From Deltaproteobacteria bacterium (lineage in GTDB: Bacteria; Myxococcota_A; Polyangia; Fen-1088), in the NCBI GenBank assembly GCA_033763315.1, contig JANRKS010000002.1, positions 448,001 to 512,000 on the forward strand: a DNA stretch of 64,000 nucleotides, written 5' to 3'. The position numbers and the translations under genes are program-made. Shown here piece after piece: positions 40,735 through 50,150 of this stretch (position 1 is its first letter; each line of letters opens with the position of its first letter). The notes under the pieces are model-generated. The model did not search any database. It had not been told where the DNA came from and was given only the letters and a program-made list of their open reading frames with translations.

Positions 40735-42048
40735 TTGGGCAGCGATATCGCAAAGAAAGTGGTCATTCTCGGTGGCGGCTTAACCGGAATCTCGGCGGCC
40801 ATGCACTTGCGCCTGCCGTGGGTGTTATTTGAAAAGGAGGCACGCCTGGGTGGCCACGCGCGCACCGACGAACGCCAAGGTTATCTGTTCGATAAGACCG
40901 GCCATTGGCTTCACCTGCGTGACCCGGCGGTGAAGAAATTGGTGGCCGACGTGCTGCCCGACCAAATGCAATCGGTGCAGCGCGTGGCGCGTGTTTTCTC
41001 CAATGGCGTCCTCACGCGGTACCCGTTTCAAGCCAACTTGCACGGTTTGCCCCCCGATGTGATTCACGAGTGCTTGATGGGCGTCATCGAAGCCAAGCTC
41101 AAAGGCGACGTGGGTGATGAGCCACGCGACTTCGAGGACTACTGCTTGCGCCACTTCGGTGCCGGCATCTCGAAGCACTTCATGATTCCCTACAACGAAC
41201 GTTTGTGGGGTGTCTCGCCCAAAGACATCACAGCGGCATGGTGCTCGCGCTTTGTGCCGTTACCCAACTTGGAGCAAATCGTGGCGGGGGCTGTGGGCGC
41301 AGGCCCAGGCGAGATGGGCTACAACGTGAGTTTCGTGTACCCCAAGCACGGCGGCATCGAGACGTTCACCAAGGCGCTGATCAGCCGCGTGGATCCTGCG
41401 GGCGTCAACATGGGCACAAGCCCTGACGTCATCGATTACGAAAAGCGCGAGATTGAAGTGGGTGGCGAGCGTATTCCCTACCGCGCGTTGGTGGCCACCA
41501 TACCGCTGCCGGAATTGCTCAAGCGCATGCCCAACTTGCCGCCTGAAATCGAAAAGCATGCGGCCAATTTACGCTGCACGACGTTGCAGTATCTGAACCT
41601 GGCCACGCGCAAGAAGAGCCCCGCGGATTGGCATTGGATCTATGTGCCAGAAAAGAAGTACCCGTTTTACCGGGTGGGTATCTTTACCAACGCGATGCCG
41701 AGTATGGCCCCAAGCGGTACGTCGTCGTTTTATGTGGAGCTGGCCGATCGCGCGGCGATCACGGACATCAACGCGGTCACACGGCAGTGCGCGCAGGGTT
41801 TGGTGGAAGCGGGCGCACTGACATCAACGGACGACGTGTTGTTCGCAGATCCGAAAGAGATCAAGTACGCGTACGTGATCTTCGATCACAACTATTATCC
41901 GGCCACCACAGCCATTTTTCGCTTCCTTGAATCGCACGGCATTTACCCGCGCGGCCGCTATGGCGCGTGGACCTATAACGCCATGGAAGACTGCGTGATC
42001 GCGGGCCGCGAAGTTGCGGCCACCATTGAAGCTGCCTACGGAGATTAA
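40735..42048 (+). CDS. FAD-dependent oxidoreductase (HemY/amine oxidase fold; UDP-galactopyranose mutase-like)
   Basis: GGGLTG, FDKTGHWLH, YPFQ, PYNERLWG, GRYGAWTY..MED. Confidence 0.8.
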   Translation: MGSDIAKKVVILGGGLTGISAAMHLRLPWVLFEKEARLGGHARTDERQGYLFDKTGHWLHLRDPAVKKLVADVLPDQMQSVQRVARVFSNGVLTRYPFQANLHGLPPDVIHECLMGVIEAKLKGDVGDEPRDFEDYCLRHFGAGISKHFMIPYNERLWGVSPKDITAAWCSRFVPLPNLEQIVAGAVGAGPGEMGYNVSFVYPKHGGIETFTKALISRVDPAGVNMGTSPDVIDYEKREIEVGGERIPYRALVATIPLPELLKRMPNLPPEIEKHAANLRCTTLQYLNLATRKKSPADWHWIYVPEKKYPFYRVGIFTNAMPSMAPSGTSSFYVELADRAAITDINAVTRQCAQGLVEAGALTSTDDVLFADPKEIKYAYVIFDHNYYPATTAIFRFLESHGIYPRGRYGAWTYNAMEDCVIAGREVAATIEAAYGD

Positions 42049-42051
42049 AAA

Positions 42052-42789
42052 ATGAGCGCCGCCCCGAAGTCACAAGAAGCCCCTCACGTTTCGATCGTCA
42101 TTCCCGTTTACAACGAGGAGGGCATCTTGCGCGGCTCAGTGATGGAGCTGCGCGAAATGTTAAAGGCCTTCGGGTTCACTTATGAGCTCATCATCAGCGA
42201 AAATGGCTCGCGTGATCGCACGATCGAGATCGGCAAGGGCCTCGAAGCCGAATACCCCGAAGTGCGCTTCTTGTCGCTTGGCCAACCGAACTATGGCTTG
42301 GCGATGAAGTCGGGCATCGAGAACGCGCGCGGCACCTTCGTGATCTGCGACGAAATCGATTTGCTGGACACGGAATTTTATGCGCGTGCGTTGGCTCTGC
42401 TTGAACGCACGGATACGGATCTCGTTGTGGGCTCGAAGGCCATGGTGGGCTCAAACGATCAGCGGCCGCTGTTCCGTCGTAGCGCCACGTTGGTTTACAA
42501 CGGCATGCTGCGTTTGGTGTGCCAATACAAAGGCACTGATACGCACGGCTTAAAGGCGTTCAAGCGAGAGGCGTTGCTGCCCACCGTGGGCCGCTGCCAG
42601 CTGGACAAAGACGTGTTTGCCAGCGAGTTCGTGATTCGCGCCCACCGCGAAGGCAAGAAGGTGGTTGAGATTCCGTTTGCCGTGCGCGAAAAGCGCCCGC
42701 CTTCAATCCGCTTGCTTAAGCGCGTGCCACACGTGCTCAAGAGCGTGGCGCGCTTGGCGATCACCGTTCGGCAGAACCCCGGCAATTAA
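42052..42789 (+). CDS. GT2 glycosyltransferase (polyprenol-phosphate glycosyltransferase-like)
   Basis: [29 protein letters not shown]. Confidence 0.88.
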   Translation: MSAAPKSQEAPHVSIVIPVYNEEGILRGSVMELREMLKAFGFTYELIISENGSRDRTIEIGKGLEAEYPEVRFLSLGQPNYGLAMKSGIENARGTFVICDEIDLLDTEFYARALALLERTDTDLVVGSKAMVGSNDQRPLFRRSATLVYNGMLRLVCQYKGTDTHGLKAFKREALLPTVGRCQLDKDVFASEFVIRAHREGKKVVEIPFAVREKRPPSIRLLKRVPHVLKSVARLAITVRQNPGN

Positions 42790-43514
42790 GGTTTGCCGCG
42801 GCCGAGGGCCTTGCCCTTGCCAGGGTTGCCTTCAACGCCCCGGCCTTTGCCGCCTTCGTCGCTGGTGGTGTTGTTCCCATTGCCGGGGTCGTCATTGGCT
42901 TGGCGTGCGCGCTGCGCGGCCTTTTGCAACGAGCGCTCACTTTTGAAGCCTGATTCAAGCGACGTTGTGGCCTCAACCGTGGTTAGCGCGAAATCCTGGC
43001 GAAGCGCTTCGATGGCTAAGGGCAGTTGCGGCAACGCGCCCGGATCCTTGGCCAGCACCGACTCAACAACCGCCACCGTGGCTTCCGGGGCGTAGCCACG
43101 CAGCTTCAGATCGGCCAGCGATTCGATGGCTTGCGCTTTGTTCGCCTCTTCCTGAGGACCACTAAGCAACCGGCGCAGAGCACTTCGATCCACACTTGCC
43201 AAACTGGCCTCAGCCACACTTTGCAGCAAACGAGCGCTGGGCTTGGCGATACCTTCGGCTTTGGCAAGCGCGCGCGCTTGGCGCAATTGCTCCACCAGCC
43301 GTTCCACAGCCCCGGCAATGGCGGCGGGTGGCACACGCTTGGCCAGGCCTTCGCGCACTTTGTTCACCACAACGTCGGCCGGCAGTTGTTCTTTCGCAAC
43401 CAACGCCATGGTCGTTGTGAGCCGGCTCTGCACACCTGCGAGGCGCGCGTCATCAGGCAAGCCGGCTGCCAACCAGACGCATACAACGACGTGGGTGAAG
43501 GTGGAAGTAAACAT
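42786..43514 (-). CDS. secreted helical hypothetical protein with Gly/Lys-rich tail
   Basis: short hydrophobic N-terminus; [12 protein letters not shown] motif; last gene of the ECF-CBM48 cluster. Confidence 0.7.
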   Translation of the reverse strand: MFTSTFTHVVVCVWLAAGLPDDARLAGVQSRLTTTMALVAKEQLPADVVVNKVREGLAKRVPPAAIAGAVERLVEQLRQARALAKAEGIAKPSARLLQSVAEASLASVDRSALRRLLSGPQEEANKAQAIESLADLKLRGYAPEATVAVVESVLAKDPGALPQLPLAIEALRQDFALTTVEATTSLESGFKSERSLQKAAQRARQANDDPGNGNNTTSDEGGKGRGVEGNPGKGKALGRGKP

Positions 43515-43524
43515 GGGACGCTCT

Positions 43525-44778
43525 TTAGAACGAATGAGGCTTGCGGGAGGATACGCGCTTTGCGGTTTCTTTCTTGAAACATACGCTTTCGGGCACGTTC
43601 AGCTCGCCATCGCGGCCGCCAAACCCATCGGCAACGTAACGCGGCGCTTGGGGTGGGGCCAAAGGCACGTCGTCGACGAGAAAGCGATAGCGCACGGGTC
43701 CACAGGGCGCCTCGTTTAACCAAACCTCCCACACGTCATCGCCACCCGGCAGCTTTTCCATCGGCAGGCCTGGGCCCCAGCCATCGAAGCTACCGATGAG
43801 CTGCGCCTTCCGCGCGGTGTTGAAGCGCAAGCGGAAACGAACGCGCCGGCCCGAGATAACTGGCCGCACATCATCGTCTCCCTCGGCGGAGGTTGTTTTT
43901 GACGCATGGGTTCCGCGCCATGCCAAAGCCAACGTGCCTTCGAAGCGATCCGCGCGTCCTGCCGCTTGCGGTCCCCACTCGCGGGTGAGATCCACCGACG
44001 CGTTCACAGCGAATCCTTGCCCCAGCGTGCGCTCCACGCTGAACACGCCACCCCACTGGCCGGCGGTTTCATTGTTAAGCGTGCGGGCCCCGACGAAGGG
44101 CGCGGCCCACACCAACCACGGCTTGACACCTATCGAGACAAACGGTGCCAAGCGATGCCGTTGCCACAGAGGCTGCGTGGCCACGGGCGTGTTGCCAAGC
44201 CACGCGCTTTGCACGCGGACGCCAGCGCTGAGGTGCGCGCTCAACAGATAGCGCAGAACCAAGCTGGCGTGTGAATAGCCCTGCGTGCGCAGATCATTGC
44301 GGCGCGCCTGCGTGCCGGTATCAACGCGCAGCCGCAGTCGATCGGTCAGCGCCCATGATGCGCCGCCGCGTGGCCCAGTCCCAATGAATTCGTCCGCAGA
44401 GAACTGCGGTGCCATGAACTGCACCACCAACCACGCCACTTCCAATCGGGTGGTGCCGTGTTGCCAGCCAGCGCCAAGTTCAAGCGAATGCCACAGGAGG
44501 TTGCCAAAGTCGTCCGAATAGCGGTGATTGCCATCGTAGCCAGCGAACGCCTCCCAGCCGTGCGACATGAGCCGCAATCCGAGCGCTCCATCTATGCCGG
44601 CAAAATACCCGCGCGCGCCCGCATCGGTTCCCACCGGGTTCACTTCAAGCAAAGCATTGGAATCGTATCCCACGGGGGCGCTCAGGTTGGCCGTGACTTC
44701 GCCGTTCGCCCGTGCGGGCTGCGAGACACACAGGGCGCACGCCGTTATGAAGGCGCGAGATCCGAACCGAAGCGACAT
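43525..44778 (-). CDS. outer-membrane beta-barrel-like protein with C-terminal CBM48 (AMPK-beta-type) domain
   Basis: signal peptide, GYDSN, alternating beta strands; LIGSFDGW...YRFLVDD...DGFGGRDG. Confidence 0.75.
   Translation of the reverse strand: MSLRFGSRAFITACALCVSQPARANGEVTANLSAPVGYDSNALLEVNPVGTDAGARGYFAGIDGALGLRLMSHGWEAFAGYDGNHRYSDDFGNLLWHSLELGAGWQHGTTRLEVAWLVVQFMAPQFSADEFIGTGPRGGASWALTDRLRLRVDTGTQARRNDLRTQGYSHASLVLRYLLSAHLSAGVRVQSAWLGNTPVATQPLWQRHRLAPFVSIGVKPWLVWAAPFVGARTLNNETAGQWGGVFSVERTLGQGFAVNASVDLTREWGPQAAGRADRFEGTLALAWRGTHASKTTSAEGDDDVRPVISGRRVRFRLRFNTARKAQLIGSFDGWGPGLPMEKLPGGDDVWEVWLNEAPCGPVRYRFLVDDVPLAPPQAPRYVADGFGGRDGELNVPESVCFKKETAKRVSSRKPHSF
43528..43555 (-). promoter_or_regulatory. 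candidate ECF promoter, motif A copy 1
   Basis: CGTATCC-N16-CGTTC ending 14 bp before ATG 43514. Confidence 0.7.
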
Positions 44779-44826
44779 TGAAGTGATGACGGCAGCATAA
44801 CGCGAGCTCCGTTCACCGCGCGCGCC

Positions 44827-45363
44827 TCACAGACGCAAGACGCTGTTTCGGTTGCCGAATCCATCGGGGCGGGCTTCGGCTGCGGGATCTTCAATCCATT
44901 CCCCGTCGACCAAGAACTTGTAACTGTAGGTTTTGCCTTTGGCCAAAGGCAGGGTGATGGCAAAGACATCGGGCTGCGCAAGCCGCACCAAGGTGGCCCC
45001 ATCGGGATTCCAGTCGTTAAAATCACCGGCCACAGCCACCTGCTGGGCCCCAGCGGCGCGAATCACAAACCGCACCAGCACCTCGCCCTGAGCGTTTTGA
45101 GTGGCCACGAAGGAAGGTGGTGTTGGCGGTCGCCACAACGATGTGGCCGCCGCCGCGAACACGGTAACGGCGCTCAAGGTGCTGACCAACCACAGCGGTG
45201 ACAAACGCAACTCGAACCGGTGTGGTGTGCGCAGCCAGCGCCACAAACGAAACGGCTGTGGCTGTGAAACCGCCTGCATGACCTTGGCCACCAGCTGCGG
45301 CGGCACGGTGACGTCCGCAAGCTGTTTAAGCTCACTCATGTCTTTGGATGGGTCGGGTTTCAT
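44827..45363 (-). CDS. single-TM anti-sigma-like protein with C-terminal CBM48 domain
   Basis: VAVAGDFNDW, YKFLVDGEWIEDP, DGFGNRNSVL; 4-bp overlap with the ECF gene. Confidence 0.82.
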   Translation of the reverse strand: MKPDPSKDMSELKQLADVTVPPQLVAKVMQAVSQPQPFRLWRWLRTPHRFELRLSPLWLVSTLSAVTVFAAAATSLWRPPTPPSFVATQNAQGEVLVRFVIRAAGAQQVAVAGDFNDWNPDGATLVRLAQPDVFAITLPLAKGKTYSYKFLVDGEWIEDPAAEARPDGFGNRNSVLRL

Positions 45364-45968
45364 CGGTTCGCTTCGCTTTCGAGCCAGGCGCGCAGCATGG
45401 CGCGCGCACGCACAACTCTGATTTTCAATGTTGTGATGGGCAACCTAAGAATGCCGCGCATCTCCTCGTAGGAAAGATCCTCTACGTCTTTAAGGATCAA
45501 AGAGGTGCGGTATTTTTCCGGCAAGGTGGCAAGGCCACGCGCCAGCCTTGCCCCCTCCCCGTGCGCGCCAGCGATCTCCTCGGGGCTCGCGCCGGGAGCC
45601 AGGGCCGCCCAGGCAGTTTCGTCATCGGTGAGCGCCACATCCCCGCGGTGTTTTGATTTGAGCAAGTCCTTGGCGCCGTTGACGACGATGCGCAGCAACC
45701 ACACCCGAAAGGCTGCGTCGTGACCACTGCCATCAAAGCGGGGCAGGGCGCCAAAGGCTTGGGTGAAAGCCTGCTGAACCACATCTTCCGCATCTGCGGG
45801 CACGGACAGCATGCGCAAAGCCACCGAATAGGCCAAACGCTGGTATCGCTCGACCAACGGGCGGAAGGCATCCACGTCGCCCCTTACGCAGCGCTGAATC
45901 AACGCCCAATCGTCCGATAACGCGGGGGGCGGTGCTGGGGTTACCAGGATGTGGGCCACAGATGACAA
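45360..45968 (-). CDS. ECF RNA polymerase sigma factor (module A)
   Basis: DAEDVVQQAF, FRVWLLRIVVN, LSYEEM...TLKIRVVRAR. Confidence 0.92.
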   Translation of the reverse strand: MSSVAHILVTPAPPPALSDDWALIQRCVRGDVDAFRPLVERYQRLAYSVALRMLSVPADAEDVVQQAFTQAFGALPRFDGSGHDAAFRVWLLRIVVNGAKDLLKSKHRGDVALTDDETAWAALAPGASPEEIAGAHGEGARLARGLATLPEKYRTSLILKDVEDLSYEEMRGILRLPITTLKIRVVRARAMLRAWLESEANR

Positions 45969-45977
45969 GCCTTCATG

Positions 45978-46005
45978 GAACGAGCCAGCAGGGTTTGTGG
46001 ATACA
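45978..46005 (-). promoter_or_regulatory. candidate ECF promoter, motif A copy 2 (autoregulatory)
   Basis: TGTATCC-N16-CGTTC directly upstream of the ECF gene. Confidence 0.72.
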
Positions 46006-46043
46006 TCCGTGCTTGGGCTACTGGCAGAAAAACACGAATGTTT

Positions 46044-46071
46044 TGTATCCGGTCGGCGGGTCGGGTCGTTC
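46044..46071 (+). promoter_or_regulatory. candidate ECF promoter, motif A copy 3
   Basis: TGTATCC-N16-CGTTC upstream of the Cys-rich lipoprotein gene. Confidence 0.72.
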
Positions 46072-46132
46072 TTCAGTTTAACCCGGTGTCGACCGAACCG
46101 GAAAGTCAGCTCAAAACTCCGGAGGAATGCTT

Positions 46133-47080
46133 ATGAAGCGCAATGTCCCAGGCCTTATGCTCGCGGTGGTTGGCCTCGCGGCTGTGTGCGTTTTGCCCAC
46201 AGGCTGCGATGACGACGGCAGCTCGTCCTCTGTAGACGATGGAGGCGCGGGTGCCACCAACGGCGGTGGCGCCACAAACGGTGGCGGCGGCGTCAACGGG
46301 GGCGGTGGCCTGAGCGGTGGCGGCGGCCTCAACGGAGGCGGCGCGGGTGGCCTGGTGATGTCGTGTGTCTCGGGCGTGGCTCAATGTAGCGACGGCGTGG
46401 ACAACGATAAGGACGGCAAAGTCGACATGCTGGATCCCGAATGCGTCGCGCCCTGTGACAACGACGAATCGAGCTTCGCGACAGGCATAGCAGGCGACAA
46501 CATTGACGCTTGCAAGCAAGATTGCTTCTTCGACGGTGATTCAGGGCAGGGCAATGACGGTTGCGAATGGAACCTCAAATGCGACGCCAAAAACCCGGGC
46601 GGCACCTCCTGCCCCTACGACAAGAATTATAAGAATTGCCCCACGGAGCAGTCGGCAAAGTGCGTGAAAAACTGTGGCAGTGTGACCCCGAACGGGTGTG
46701 ATTGTTTTGGCTGCTGTGCTTTTCCAAATGGCAACAAGACGGTCACCGTGACGTTGGTGAAAACCTGCAGCCAGGACAAGTTGGGCGATCCCACGGCCTG
46801 CCCGCCCTGCACGCAGCAAACAGCTTGTGTGAATACCTGTGACAAGTGCGAAGTGTGCATTGGCAAGCCACAGCTAGAAGCCGACTGCACCTCGACCTTG
46901 CCTCCGCCCGATGGCGGCGTACCCGTGCAAGGCGACGCAGGAACACCACCGCCCCCCGCCCCCACGCCAAAGTGTGCTGAAGGCATTATCAGCTGCGGCC
47001 CTGGCGGCCAAGTGGCTGATGGCGCTTGCCCGACGAACACCTATTGTTTGACGGGCTGTTGCATCCGTCCGTTGCTCTAG
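46133..47080 (+). CDS. Cys-rich myxobacterial lipoprotein with Ca-binding-like DxDxDG motif
   Basis: GGAGG RBS; lipobox PTGC; Gly linker; [14 protein letters not shown]; numerous Cys. Confidence 0.85.
   Translation: MKRNVPGLMLAVVGLAAVCVLPTGCDDDGSSSSVDDGGAGATNGGGATNGGGGVNGGGGLSGGGGLNGGGAGGLVMSCVSGVAQCSDGVDNDKDGKVDMLDPECVAPCDNDESSFATGIAGDNIDACKQDCFFDGDSGQGNDGCEWNLKCDAKNPGGTSCPYDKNYKNCPTEQSAKCVKNCGSVTPNGCDCFGCCAFPNGNKTVTVTLVKTCSQDKLGDPTACPPCTQQTACVNTCDKCEVCIGKPQLEADCTSTLPPPDGGVPVQGDAGTPPPPAPTPKCAEGIISCGPGGQVADGACPTNTYCLTGCCIRPLL
46243..46350 (+). repeat. degenerate 18-nt coding tandem repeat (GGGxNG units)
   Basis: [30 protein letters not shown]. Confidence 0.7.
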
Positions 47081-47100
47081 CCGACCACGTTCGGTCTTTT

Positions 47101-47138
47101 GCACCCGGTTTCGCCTTGGCGGCCGGGTGCTTTTTTTT
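47101..47138 (+). terminator. rho-independent terminator
   Basis: GCACCCGG...CCGGGTGC stem followed by T8, 20 bp after the lipoprotein stop. Confidence 0.85.
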
Positions 47139-47165
47139 GAGCAATGGCGGTGGCGGCGAGACACT
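47138..47165 (+). promoter_or_regulatory. candidate ECF promoter, motif B copy 1 (autoregulatory)
   Basis: TGAGCA-N16-GACACT just before GTG 47175. Confidence 0.68.
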
Positions 47166-47174
47166 CTACTGTCA

Positions 47175-47816
47175 GTGAGTTCCGTCTTGCAGGTCCGCCC
47201 TTGGGCGCATGGCTCCCCCCCGTCGCATGGGGAAGGTCATGCCTTGGACGAGGGGCGACTGGTTCAAGGCCTGCAGGCGGGCGAGGCCTGGGCGCGGGCG
47301 GCGCTGGTCGATCTATACGGCGTGCACGTACGGCGTGTGCTTGTGCGCGTGTTGGGGGCAGGCGATGCGGAGGTGGATGATCTGGCGCAAGAGACGATGC
47401 TTGCCGCCTTGCAGGGGGTAAAGCAGCTGCAATCCACCTCAGCCCTTAAGGGCTGGCTTACCAGCATCGCGGTGTTTTCAGCCCGCGGGGCGATTCGCAA
47501 GCGGCAACGGTGGCGTTGGTTGCGCAAAGACGTGGACACCGATTTGGTGGCCGCGCCTTCGGCCAGCGCCGACGTTATGGAGGCCGCGCGCAGCGTTTAC
47601 AAGATCATGGCACAAATGCCGGTCGACGAACGCATCCCATTCGCGTTGCGCATGTTCGAGGGCATGGAGCTACAAGAGTTGGTTGTTGCCTGCGACATGT
47701 CGATGGCGACCCTGCGGCGGCGTTTGGCGTCGGCGCAGGCACGTTTTGATAAATTGGCTGCGCAAAGTGAAGCCTTGCGGCCATGGATCAAGGGAAAGGT
47801 TCGTGGCGATGAGTGA
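47175..47816 (+). CDS. ECF RNA polymerase sigma factor (module B); start uncertain
   Basis: VDDLAQET, LKGWLTSIAV, ERIPFALR..EGMEL...ATLRRRL. Confidence 0.9.
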   Translation: MSSVLQVRPWAHGSPPSHGEGHALDEGRLVQGLQAGEAWARAALVDLYGVHVRRVLVRVLGAGDAEVDDLAQETMLAALQGVKQLQSTSALKGWLTSIAVFSARGAIRKRQRWRWLRKDVDTDLVAAPSASADVMEAARSVYKIMAQMPVDERIPFALRMFEGMELQELVVACDMSMATLRRRLASAQARFDKLAAQSEALRPWIKGKVRGDE

Positions 47817-49026
47817 CAAGCCAACGATGAACTCGTCTGATCTGTGGTCTGCGGTGGCGTCGGCGCAAGAGCCGGTGGTTACAAACCCAGCGGCGTTGGA
47901 GGCCTTGCGCCTATCGGTGATGCACAATCCGCTGCCAAAGCGACGGGTGCCGTTGTGGACGGCGGCCCTGGTGCCGCTGGCTGCGGCGGCCGCATGGCTT
48001 GTGCTCGTGCGTGGTGAGCGCGCGCAGACGTTCCAGGTGGGCCCTGTGACGGGCGCTGTGGGCGTGATGTTGGCCGCCGATGACAAGCCGTTGCCGGTGC
48101 AATTCGCAGATGGCTCCACGGTGATTTTGTCTGCGGGGTCGCGCGGCAAGGTGGCCGAACTTGTGAGCAAAGGCGCGGACGTTGTGCTGACCCAAGGCAG
48201 CTTGGAGGCACACGTCGTTCATGCGGAACACACGCGTTGGGTGTTTCACGCAGGAAGCTTCGCGATCGAGGTGACAGGCACACGTTTTCGCGCCTCATGG
48301 GATCCCACGCGCGGTGCGTTCGAGGTGGCGATGAAAGAAGGCAGCGTGCGCGTGACCGGCGGCGATTTGGGCGAGCCTGTGCGGTTGACGGCTGGCCAAA
48401 CGCTGCGTGTGGACGGCGCTTCGCCTGCGAAGGCGCTCGGCTCGGCTGCCCAAGACAAGGCGGCGCCCATCGCAACGCAAGTGCCCGCGGTTGAGCCACC
48501 CGTGCAACCAGGCGAAGCTGAACCCACGAACGCACGCGGGCCTCGCGCCGCTGTGTCTGACATCCGTTGGCAGGATCTTGCGGCGAAGGGCCGTCACATC
48601 GAAGCCTTGACCTTGGCCAAGCGAGCAGGCTTTGAGCGTTTGCTGCGGCAGTTGCCAGCACCGGAGCTGTTGTTGTTGGCCGATAGCGCTCGCTATGCGC
48701 AACAGGCGCCGCTTGCCGAGCGTGCCTTCACTGTTTTGGTCCAGCGTTTCGCGCAAGCGCCTGAATCGTTGGATGCCGCGTTCGCCTTGGGTCGCCTGGC
48801 CTACACCCAAGAGCGCTGGCAGCAAAGCGCGCAGTGGTTTGAACGCGTGACCCGCAGCGAGGCGCCCGAACCGTTGCAGCAAGCCGCGTGGCAAAGGTTG
48901 ATGGAGAGCCAAGAGCGCGCGGGAGATGTGGCTGGCGCCAAGAAAACGGCAACACGTTATCTGCAAGGCTCGCCACACGGAGTGCACAAGGCAATTGCCG
49001 CGCGCCTCATGCGCATGAAAGACTGA
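47809..49026 (+). CDS. FecR-domain anti-sigma factor with C-terminal TPR-like helices
   Basis: TM, FADGS, IEVTGTRF, EGSVRV, LRLTAGQ-like PVRLTAGQ; TPR-like AFALGRL; overlaps the ECF gene. Confidence 0.85.
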   Translation: MSDKPTMNSSDLWSAVASAQEPVVTNPAALEALRLSVMHNPLPKRRVPLWTAALVPLAAAAAWLVLVRGERAQTFQVGPVTGAVGVMLAADDKPLPVQFADGSTVILSAGSRGKVAELVSKGADVVLTQGSLEAHVVHAEHTRWVFHAGSFAIEVTGTRFRASWDPTRGAFEVAMKEGSVRVTGGDLGEPVRLTAGQTLRVDGASPAKALGSAAQDKAAPIATQVPAVEPPVQPGEAEPTNARGPRAAVSDIRWQDLAAKGRHIEALTLAKRAGFERLLRQLPAPELLLLADSARYAQQAPLAERAFTVLVQRFAQAPESLDAAFALGRLAYTQERWQQSAQWFERVTRSEAPEPLQQAAWQRLMESQERAGDVAGAKKTATRYLQGSPHGVHKAIAARLMRMKD

Positions 49027-49031
49027 GGCTT

Positions 49032-50054
49032 GTGCCGCGGTCCCTACTTGCAGCTTGCCTTATCATCTTTGCCATTGCGAACGTTGCCCACGCGAAGACG
49101 GGCACGGTGGCCGTGTTCGCACCCGCGCACGCGAACGCGTGCGGCGGTGCTTTAACCGAAGCCATTCAGGAACTGCGCTCGGCGCGCTTCTTGGTTGAGG
49201 TGGTGCTTGAGAAGCAGGCTCTGCAGACGGCGTCCTCCGCCGCTTTCGATGCGCTGTTGCGCTTCAACGAAGCGGGCGACTCGGTGGCGGTGGTTGATCT
49301 CTCTGTGCAAGACAATCCCGCCGAGCTGGCTACCTTGCGCCTGGACTGCGCCAAGCGTTTGTCGCGCCGCCGTGTGTGGACGATCGTGGTTGAGATGTTG
49401 TGGTCGCGGCCGGATAGAACTGTGGCGCCTGCCGCCGTGGTCAAGGAACCGGCGCCAGCGAATGTTGTTGCCACAACCACCGCGTCACCGGCATCGGCCA
49501 CGCCACCACCTGCATCAAAGCAAGTGGACTTTTCCAAAGCTTCTGTGTTCTTTGGCGCTGCGCCGGTTTACGGCACCAACGCCCTCGTCGTGGAACCCGC
49601 CTGGGACGTGGCACTGCTTGGTGGTTATCGATCGGCTGGGGGCTGGCGAGTGGGCGGGCGCTTGCGTTGGCCCGTGAGTGTGAGCCAACACTCAACCGCG
49701 CAGCAAGACGTGATGCGCCTGTGGACGTTCACCGCGGACGTGGAGACCACGCGCGTGTTTGCGCCGAAGCATTCTTCAGTGCATCCATTCGTCGGAGGGA
49801 CGTGGGGGCTGAGTTTTGCGCTGGTTGATGTAGCTTCTGCCTCGGCTTCACAAGAGCGGCGTTGGGCGGCCTTACACGCGCGCGCTTTAGGTCACCTGGG
49901 CATTGTGGTTTCCGCGGGCAGGTTCGCGCCGTTTTGTCAGCTCGAAGCCGGGGCCGCGCGTCGCTTGCGTTCGGAAGACAATCTTGAAGACATCGAAGGG
50001 CGCGCAAATTCATTTGTCGCTGCCGCTTCCTTAGGCGTGCTGTTCGATTACTGA
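49032..50054 (+). CDS. secreted/outer-membrane protein with C-terminal beta-barrel-like region
   Basis: signal peptide ending AHA; terminal strand SLGVLFDY. Confidence 0.65.
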   Translation: MPRSLLAACLIIFAIANVAHAKTGTVAVFAPAHANACGGALTEAIQELRSARFLVEVVLEKQALQTASSAAFDALLRFNEAGDSVAVVDLSVQDNPAELATLRLDCAKRLSRRRVWTIVVEMLWSRPDRTVAPAAVVKEPAPANVVATTTASPASATPPPASKQVDFSKASVFFGAAPVYGTNALVVEPAWDVALLGGYRSAGGWRVGGRLRWPVSVSQHSTAQQDVMRLWTFTADVETTRVFAPKHSSVHPFVGGTWGLSFALVDVASASASQERRWAALHARALGHLGIVVSAGRFAPFCQLEAGAARRLRSEDNLEDIEGRANSFVAAASLGVLFDY

Positions 50055-50079
50055 GCAGTTTCACGCAGCCGTTGACACT
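50052..50079 (+). promoter_or_regulatory. candidate ECF promoter, motif B copy 2
   Basis: TGAGCA-N16-GACACT upstream of the VWA lipoprotein gene. Confidence 0.68.
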
Positions 50080-50150
50080 TTGGATGTGAGAGCTTGCCGA
50101 GCCGAAAGCCGTCGGCAGCTTTGTTCGTTCACATTCAAGGAGCATGAAGA

